Below are positions 1 through 5,803 of a DNA stretch of 5,803 nt, piece by piece. The translations under genes were made by a program, and so were the position numbers. Numbering within the stretch: the stretch's first letter is position 1; the number at the start of each line of letters is the position of its first letter. The notes beneath the pieces are model-generated. The model had not been told where the DNA came from. It was given only the letters and a program-made list of their open reading frames with translations, and did no database searches. The stretch is from Octopus sinensis. Taxonomy: Eukaryota. Where the stretch lies: contig NW_021829479.1 in NCBI RefSeq assembly GCF_006345805.1, positions 1 to 5,803 of the forward strand, in the 5' to 3' direction.

Positions 1-53
1 TTGTCCGCATCAACTTGGATCCTTAAAGCCAATAAAATATATAATTATCATAA

Positions 54-206
54 TCTTCTTCTTCTTCTTCTTCTTCTCTTCTTCTTCTTCTTCTTCTTCT
101 TCTTCCTCTTATTCTCTTCTTCCTCTTCTTCTTCTTCCTTCTTCTTCTTCTTTTCTTCTTCTTCTTTTCGTCTCTTCTTCTTCTTCGTCTTATTCTTCTT
201 CTCTCT
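54..206. repeat. Imperfect (CTT)n / (GAA)n polypyrimidine microsatellite
   Basis: Direct reading: tcttcttcttctt... with scattered ctc/att/cgt interruptions over ~150 bp. Confidence 0.97.
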
Positions 207-235
207 TGCTAATATCTTTATTATATCATGATGCC

Positions 236-237
<2 letters not shown>

Positions 238-291
<54 letters not shown>

Positions 292-295
292 TATA
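238..295. repeat. (TTA)n microsatellite; the 3' tail/target of the adjacent minus-strand retrotransposon
   Basis: Near-perfect ttattatta run that directly abuts the element end ttcagtagtttt. Confidence 0.97.
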
Positions 296-580
296 TTCAG
301 TAGTTTTATTTTATAGCGTGCTTTCACTTCACTACCGAGCGCAGCTCTGTGTGCCTTGGGTATGTGCTGTTGATTTGTTGTGATGCTCTGATGGTTATGT
401 ATGGAAAGTTTCTGCGTAGGATGTGTGCAGTGGCTAGTAGTGCAATTTTCTGTATGTTATATGTGTTTGTAAGTCCTGGTGTTTTTGTTATGTATTTGTC
501 TGAATATTTTGATCAGGCCTAATGCACCTACTATGATAGGAATTGTTTCTGTTTTTAGATTCCACATTCTGGTTACCTCT
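296..580 (-). mobile_element. 5'-truncated 3' end of an R4/Dong-clade non-LTR retrotransposon, subfamily A, copy 1
   Basis: With small frameshifts the minus strand reads EVTRMWNLKTETIPIIVGALG...ITKTPGLTNTYNIQKIALLATAHILRR, the C-terminus of an RLE-type ORF. The stop is near 395-397, followed by a ~100-nt 3' UTR ending ...aaaactactgaa(taa)n. It aligns closely with 1662-1945. Confidence 0.88.
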
Positions 581-628
581 TATTATTATTATTTTATTCT
601 TCATTATCATTATTATTATATTATATTA

Positions 629-662
<34 letters not shown>

Positions 663-681
663 TATTATCATTATTATTATT
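581..681. repeat. Imperfect (TTA)n microsatellite separating two retrotransposon fragments
   Basis: Direct reading, with tca/ata interruptions. Confidence 0.95.
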
Positions 682-1172
682 GTTCTATGTTTGACTTTTG
701 CTTTACATTTGTACAAGTTGTCTCCAAGTCTCACCCAGAGACCTCAAGAGACAACAAGTTGGAAGTTCATGTTTGTGTTATGCCTAGGGTGCCATATATT
801 TGGTTTTGTACTTAGTGTTGTACTAGTGAATATCTAAAAAACCATAGGAAAATTATGTTTGTTTTAAAACTTGAGATTACATAGAAAGTATTTTGCGTAG
901 GATATGAGCAGTTCCCATGAGCACTATCTTTTGACTGTCTGCCATTTTGGGGTTTCTTGGTATCTGAGTTAGGTAGCAATCAGCCCCTTTTGCTATCATT
1001 CCCAGGGCACCTATGACAACAGGTATTGTTTTAGTCTTCAGGTTCCACATTTTGCTGATTTCTATTTCAAGATCTTTATATTTCTATTTCAAGATCTTTA
1101 TATTTGCTCAGTTTTTGGTAGGTCTTGACAGATACGTTTATATCGATTGGGACAGTCATATCAATGAGGAGG

Positions 1173-1174
<2 letters not shown>
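682..1174 (-). mobile_element. 5'-truncated 3' end of an R4/Dong-clade non-LTR retrotransposon, subfamily B
   Basis: Minus strand reads CLLIDMTVPIDINVSVKTYQKLSKYKDLEIEI[22-bp duplication]SKMWNLKTKTIPVVIGALGMIAKGADCYLTQIPRNPKMADSQKIVLMGTAHILRKILSM*, with TAA at 877-879. The K..KY.DL and P...GALG RLE motifs are present. The ~195-nt 3' UTR (682-876) is unrelated to that of subfamily A. Confidence 0.88.
1058..1101. repeat. Perfect 22-bp tandem duplication (atttctatttcaagatctttat x2)
   Basis: Units at 1058-1079 and 1080-1101 are identical; the duplication frameshifts the subfamily B RLE coding remnant. Confidence 0.95.

Positions 1175-1224
<50 letters not shown>
1175..1224. repeat. Perfect (TTA)n microsatellite
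   Basis: Direct reading. Confidence 0.97.
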
Positions 1225-1226
<2 letters not shown>

Positions 1227-1365
1227 ACCTTTGCTTGTAGTCCTTTCAAGTTTGATAAATTAAGTACCAGTCATATACTCCGGCAAGTGTGGGGGGAATT
1301 CAATGTAGTCGACTTACCCACCCACCTGAAATTGCTGGCCTTGTGCCGAAATTTGAAACCGATAT
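1225..1365 (+). mobile_element. Degraded central/3' part of a SINE (Meta-domain-like core), head missing
   Basis: Contains ...cctttcaagtttgataaattaagtaccagt...tcaatgtagtcgacttaccc...aaattgctggccttgtgccgaaatttgaaacc then gatattatt. This matches my recollection of an abundant octopus SINE with a gataaattaagtaccag core. Recognised from memory, not searched. Confidence 0.6.
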
Positions 1366-1603
1366 TATTTCTATTATCATTATCATTTATACCATCTTTT
1401 GTAACTGTCATATATGCTCCTGTGGCAAATAGAAGTCATTATTATGTTTAGTATTGTTAATATCACCATCAACATCATCATCGTCATCATCATTATTGAT
1501 ATAATTGTTTATTATTAATGTTAATAACGTTATTATTATTATTGTTATTTTCATATGCACTTAACAGATTAGATTGGAAGAGAAAAGAATCCTAACATCG
1601 GGC

Positions 1604-1661
1604 TTATTATTATTATATTATTATTATTATATTATATATTATATTATTATTATTATTATTA
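1604..1661. repeat. Imperfect (TTA)n microsatellite; 3' tail/target of subfamily A copy 2
   Basis: Direct reading; abuts ttcagtagtttt at 1662. Confidence 0.95.
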
Positions 1662-2358
1662 TTCAGTAGTTTTATTTTTATAGCGTGCTTTCACTTCACT
1701 ACCGAGCGCAGCTATGTGTGCCTTGGGTATGTGGGTGATTGTTGTGATGCTCTGATGGTTACTGTATTGAAAGTGTTCTGCGAGGATGTGTGCAGTGCCT
1801 AGTAGTGCAATTTTCTGTATGTTATATGTGTTTGTAAGTCCTGGTGTTTTTGTTATGTATTGTCTGAATATTTTTTATCATGCCTAATGCACCTACTATG
1901 ATAGGAATTGTTTCTGTTTTCAGGTTCCACATTCTAGTTACCTCTATTTCCAGGTCTTTGTATTTTGAGAGTTTCTCCATCTTTTAGAGACACGTTGTCA
2001 TCTGCCGGTATTGATACATCAATTAGAAAGCATTTTTTTTCTTCATGATCTCTGACAATATATCTGGTCTGTTGGCCTTAATTTCTCTATCTGTGTGTAT
2101 CGGCATATCCCAGAGTATGGTTGCTTTCTCGTTTTCTGTGACCTTTTGGTGTGTGCTGTTATACCATCTTTTTTCTGTTGTTATTCCATAATGTTGGCAT
2201 AGCTCCAATGTATGTAGTTCCAACTCTGTCATGTCTGTGAAATATTTCCTTTAGCCAGGACTGGGCAGCTAGAGATAATATGATTATTGTTTCTTGTCCA
2301 TCTCCACATATTCTGCAGTTACTTGTAATATTTCTTTCATTACATGTTTTTGGTAATT
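1662..2358 (-). mobile_element. 5'-truncated R4/Dong-clade non-LTR retrotransposon, subfamily A, copy 2 (zinc knuckle + RLE + 3' UTR)
   Basis: Has the same 3' terminus as 296-580, extends ~410 bp further 5', and is bounded by (TTA)n on both sides. Confidence 0.92.
1759..2358 (-). pseudogene. Frameshifted C-terminal CCHC zinc knuckle and restriction-like endonuclease of the R4/Dong ORF
   Basis: Joining frames gives NYQKHVMK..ITSNCRICGDGQETI(N)HIISSCPVLA (CX2CX8HX4C at 2265-2317), RHDRVG (~2225-2236), LCQHYGITTEKRWY..KVTENEKATILWDMPIHTDREIKANRPDI (PD at ~2062-2067), FLIDVSIPADDNVS..EKLSKYKDLEIEVTRMWNLKTETIPIIVGALG...TLSIQ*, with TAA at 1759-1761. Confidence 0.92.
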
Positions 2359-2411
2359 TATTATTATTATTAATTATTATTATTATTTTATTATTATATT
2401 ATTATTATCAT
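2359..2411. repeat. Imperfect (TTA)n microsatellite
   Basis: Direct reading. Confidence 0.93.
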
Positions 2412-2416
2412 CCTTT

Positions 2417-2687
2417 TCTTTTATTTGTTTCAGTAATTTGACTGAAATGAGTGAAACAAGTAAAAGAGTATATATATATACGACGGGATTCTTTCAGTTT
2501 CCATCTACTAAATCCACTCACACGGCTTTGTTCGGCCCGAGGGTATAGTAGAAAGCACTTGATGAAGGTACCACGCAGTGGGACTGAACCCGGAACCATG
2601 TGGTTGGTAAGCAAGCTACTTAACACACAGCCACTCCTACATACATACATACATTCATACATACCACACACCCGCTCCTGCGCCTAT
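2417..2687 (-). mobile_element. tRNA-derived SINE (octopus CORE-like family), internally deleted and rearranged
   Basis: Minus strand reads ggagtggctgtgtgttaagtagcttgcttaccaaccacatggttccgggttcagtcccactgcgtggtacctt...gtgagtggatttagtagatggaaactgaaagaatcccgtcgtatatata, a tRNA-like head with A-like and B-like boxes. The presumed 3'-terminal piece lies at 2417-2444. Family assignment is from memory. Confidence 0.8.
2580..2633 (-). promoter_or_regulatory. RNA polymerase III internal promoter of the SINE (A-box-like and B-box-like)
   Basis: A-like TGGCTGTGTGT at 2633-2623 and B-like GGTTCAGTCCC at 2590-2580, with tRNA-like spacing. Both deviate from consensus. Confidence 0.6.
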
Positions 2688-2688
2688 A

Positions 2689-2700
2689 GTATTATTATTA

Positions 2701-2748
<48 letters not shown>

Positions 2749-2803
2749 CATCATCATCATCGTCATCATCATTGGTGCTAGTAGTAGTAGTAGTAGTAAT
2801 AAT
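2689..2803. repeat. Compound microsatellite (TTA)n-(TCA)n-ttggtgc-(TAG)n
   Basis: Direct reading. Confidence 0.93.
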
Positions 2804-3130
2804 ATCGTTATTATTCTTATATTTATAGGGCAGCATAAAAAAATACACCCGCAGCGACATAACAGAGAGATCTGTAGTCTCGTCAGATATTTGGGCTGTC
2901 AACTTTCAAAGACACGGCCTAATCAAAGAAGACGAAACTTAGCGAAGCACGTAGCAGTCCTTCGCATTGCAACAAGAATCTGTGTCTTGAGTATTTTGTT
3001 GGGAACATCTGTGAACACTTTACATCGCCAAATATATTGGCTTTTAAAAGAGTTGTTTCACTGAGACAACCCGCTGGTTGGAATATTCTCGGGAAAAATT
3101 TTATAAAGACGTTTGCGCATAGCAAACCAA

Positions 3131-3159
3131 CACCACCGCCACCACTACTGCTGCTGCTG

Positions 3160-3225
<66 letters not shown>

Positions 3226-3363
3226 TTACTACTACTAGCACCAAGGATAATAATATTAACAATAATGATAATAATAATAATAATGATAACAACAACAATA
3301 ACAACAGCAATAATAATAATAATAATGATAGTAATAATGATAGTAATAATAATAATAATGATG

Positions 3364-3412
<49 letters not shown>

Positions 3413-3420
3413 TAATAATG

Positions 3421-3451
<31 letters not shown>

Positions 3452-3546
3452 TAGTAATAATGATAGTAATAATAATAATAATGATGATAATAATAATAAT
3501 AATAATAATGATAATAATAGTAATAATGATAATAATAATAATAATG

Positions 3547-3601
<55 letters not shown>

Positions 3602-3620
3602 TGATGATGATGATGATGAT
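3131..3620. repeat. Compound microsatellite (CCA)-(CTG)-(CTA)n-gcaccaa-(ATA/ATG/GTA)n-(ATG)n, ~490 bp
   Basis: Direct reading. Contains an internal duplicated variant pattern starting at 3325 and 3448. Confidence 0.96.
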
Positions 3621-5803
3621 AAATAATGAAAATTCAATTCTTACTAATAAGAGTAATCTCATAGCACAGGAAAGGAGCAGTGGTAGTTTACTTGAGGAGA
3701 GACATAAAGATGATCTAAAAGAAGACGATAAAACTAATGGTGACATGACAGATGAACAAAAGGCAATCTACGACAGAATAAAGGTAAGACTACAGGAGAA
3801 CGATAGCGACATTATTTGCAATATTAAAAAAGGTTGATCGATGGAAATTGAACCAAGAAACGAAAAATGTCAATGAAATTGTGAAATACATCAGAACGAA
3901 CAACATCACAGAAATAAATAGTTTGATCAAGGCAGCAAGTATTGTTGTAGCAGAAAACGTGGGTATCAATGACAAGAAAAAGAAACACAATGGGAGTGAC
4001 AAAAGAAAGATCCATGGTGGAAAAGAAGAATCCAGGCAGGGTGAGACATGCTCTCGAAGGAAATCTCTGTGTTAGACCGAAAAGAGAGAAAGGGGAGCTT
4101 AAAAGCGAACAAAAATACAGGGCGCTGAAAAGGACGTATAATATTGCAAGAAAGGGCCTGAAAGTAGTAGTGGAGGAACTGAAACAGCGCCTCGTTGCAA
4201 ACAAAACAAAGATGGTAAGATACGACCATAGAATGAAGGGTTACGACCAGAGTAGGTTATTCAGAGTAGATCAGAAGAGATTCTATAAAGAAATAAATGG
4301 AGGGTGTACATATGAAAAGTTAATACCAGATATCATTGAAAGTCAAAGGTTTTGGAGTGACGACTGGAGCAAAGACGAGGAGCACAAGAAGGATGCTGAA
4401 TGGTTGCAAGAACTGAAACAAACAGTAGTCTGTCCAAAACAGGCAGAACTAGTCATTTCTGTTTGGGAAGTGAAGGAAATTAGCAAAAAAATGAGCAAAT
4501 GGAAGGCCCCGGGACCAGATGGAGTTCAAGGCTAGATCAAAAGATTTTGTGAATGTCATGCACGAATAGCTGCGCAACTGAACACCTTGTTAAATGCCGA
4601 CCAAGTAATACCAGAGTGGTTGACATTGGGAAGGACAGTGCTGTGCCTGAAAAACATCGAAAAAGGCAATACGGTAGACAAACGGTAAACAATTACAGGC
4701 CGATATCCTGTTTGCCATTTATGTGGAAGTTATTGACTGGAATACTCGCAGAGTCAATGTACGAACATCTGGAAAAAATGGAGTCCTGCCACATGAGCAG
4801 AAGGGTTGCAAGCGTAAGTGCAGAGGTACCAAGGATCAACTCCTGGTAGACAAAACTGTACTTAGAGACTGCAAGAGGAGGACAAGTAACTTAGCCATGT
4901 TATGGATCGACCATCGTAAGGTGTACGATATGATCCCACATTCTTGGATTATGGAGTGCATTAACCTATTTGGTATTGCATGGAATGTTGAGCGATTGCT
5001 TGGAAAAAGTATGGCGAACTGGAGGACGGACCTGACAGTATACGGAAGAAGTTTAGGGACAGTAGAAATTAGGAGGGGTATCTTCCAAGGGGACTGCCTC
5101 TCCCCACTGATCTTTCTACTGTGCTTGATACCACTGACACTGGTCCTGAGGAAAGCAAAAACTGGATATTTATCCAAAAGCTGCCAACAAACAGTCAACC
5201 ATTTGATATTCATGGACGACCTGAAACTTTATGGTAAAGATGAAGCCCAAGTCAGTTCCTTCGTTAATACGGTTTATACCTTCAGTGCTGATGTCGGAAT
5301 GGAGTTTGGACTGAGAAAAATGTGGTGTATTAGTCTTGAATAGAGGCAAAAATCAAATGTATGAACAGACTAACGATACCGTCGGGGGAGGTTATGAAGC
5401 ATATAGAAGAGACGGGATATAAGTACTTCGGGATATTGGAAATGGATAAATTGACGGAGAAAGAAATGACAGAAAAATTTAAGATGGAGTACTTACGCAG
5501 ACTAAGACTGATCCTTAAGTCGAAATTAAACGGACGGAATAAGGTCGAAGCTATCAACACCTGGGCGGTTTCAATTCTTAGATATGGAGTAGGGGTAATC
5601 GCATGGACAGTAGACGAACTAAACAGCTTAGACAGAAAGACAAGGAAGTTACTAACTAATAGGGGCCACTCCACCCAAAAGTGGTACATACAAACGGACT
5701 GTATGTGCCAAAAAAAAATGAGGGGGGAAGAGGACTTATTGGATGCGAACACAGCATTAGAGCAGAAGAAAACAAACATAGCATGGTATGTAAAAATGCC
5801 ACA
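3620..5803 (+). mobile_element. R4/Dong-clade non-LTR retrotransposon, apparently 5'-truncated or interrupted, running off the window end
   Basis: Continuous purine-rich coding-like sequence starts directly after the (TAA/GAT)n tract. No apurinic endonuclease domain precedes the RT. Pre-RT motifs PWWKRRI, ELKQRL..K..RY, F..DQKRFY and FW..W are typical of R4-clade proteins. Confidence 0.9.
3620..5803 (+). pseudogene. Disrupted reverse transcriptase ORF (non-LTR, R4/Dong type)
   Basis: Motifs occur in the expected order: WKAPGPDG (4500-4523), [19 protein letters not shown] (from 4691), [38 protein letters not shown] (QGD 5086-5094), [11 protein letters not shown] (FMDD 5209-5220), GMEFGL.KC, YKYFG, KSKLNGRNKVEAINTWA, LDRKTRK, LYVP...GGRGL. 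It is broken by an in-frame TAG at 4533-4535 and by frameshifts near 3830, 4010, 4050, 4680, 4775, 5320, 5350 and 5665-5720. Confidence 0.95.

Noticed and set aside
31-36. AATAAA polyadenylation signal
   Set aside because: Expected by chance in such AT-rich DNA, and no upstream gene context is visible.
1-1451. Plus-strand ORFs 1-231, 479-694, 543-815, 1013-1240 and 1125-1451
   Set aside because: They are poly-L/F/S/Y/I translations of microsatellites, or the antisense strand of retrotransposon fragments.
1366-1603. AT-rich spacer with decayed TCA/TTA triplets
   Set aside because: Looks like an old degenerate microsatellite plus short unique sequence; no coding or structural signal recognised.
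2575-2640. tRNA gene on the minus strand
   Set aside because: Only degenerate A/B boxes are present, with no complete cloverleaf or acceptor stem, and the sequence continues into SINE body.
238-2750. CRISPR-like repeat-spacer array (TTA tracts alternating with unique segments)
   Set aside because: The repeats are variable-length microsatellites and the intervening segments are retroelement fragments of very unequal length.
2850-2890. Possible hammerhead ribozyme on the minus strand (CTGACGA followed by a gac...gtc stem)
   Set aside because: The stem is followed by GCTG rather than the essential GAAA, and convincing stems I and III are not evident.
2408-2902. ORFs 2408-2671 (-), 2451-2828 (+) and 2684-2902 (-)
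   Set aside because: They translate a SINE and microsatellites and show no protein motifs.
2919-3746. Long hydrophobic ORFs (2919-3746 -, 3101-3637 -) resembling membrane proteins
   Set aside because: They are stop-free frames of (ATT)/(TTA)/(AGT)/(GTA) repeats.
3790-5779. Minus-strand ORFs 3790-4002, 3824-4204, 3966-4229, 4836-5213 and 5330-5779
   Set aside because: They are antisense shadows of the RT coding strand.
3620-5803. Prokaryotic RT system (retron, DGR, group II intron, CRISPR-RT) or telomerase/Penelope-type RT
   Set aside because: The APGPDG, NYRPI, QGD.LSP, FMDD and GGRGL motifs, the neighbouring CCHC-RLE fragments and the SINE context all indicate a eukaryotic non-LTR retrotransposon.

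Overview
AT-rich eukaryotic repetitive DNA, probably cephalopod (octopus-like); this is inferred from recalled SINE sequences, not from a search. No intact gene is supported. The window is a dense nest of retroelements in trinucleotide microsatellites. Three 5'-truncated minus-strand 3' ends of R4/Dong-clade (restriction-like endonuclease, RLE) non-LTR retrotransposons from two subfamilies lie at ~296-580, ~682-1174 and ~1662-2358. A long frameshifted plus-strand R4/Dong reverse transcriptase ORF runs from ~3620 past the window end. There are also two SINE remnants and long (CTT)n, (TTA)n, (CTA)n and (TAA/GAT)n tracts. Every R4/Dong copy has (TAA)n on its sense strand. Microsatellite polarity and element orientation both flip across a ~300-bp non-repetitive island (2829-3130) that is bracketed by inverted composite arms. 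Most ORFs in the supplied track are microsatellite translation artefacts. The biology fits known TAA-targeting R4/Dong elements; the inverted-arm island is the least explained structure.
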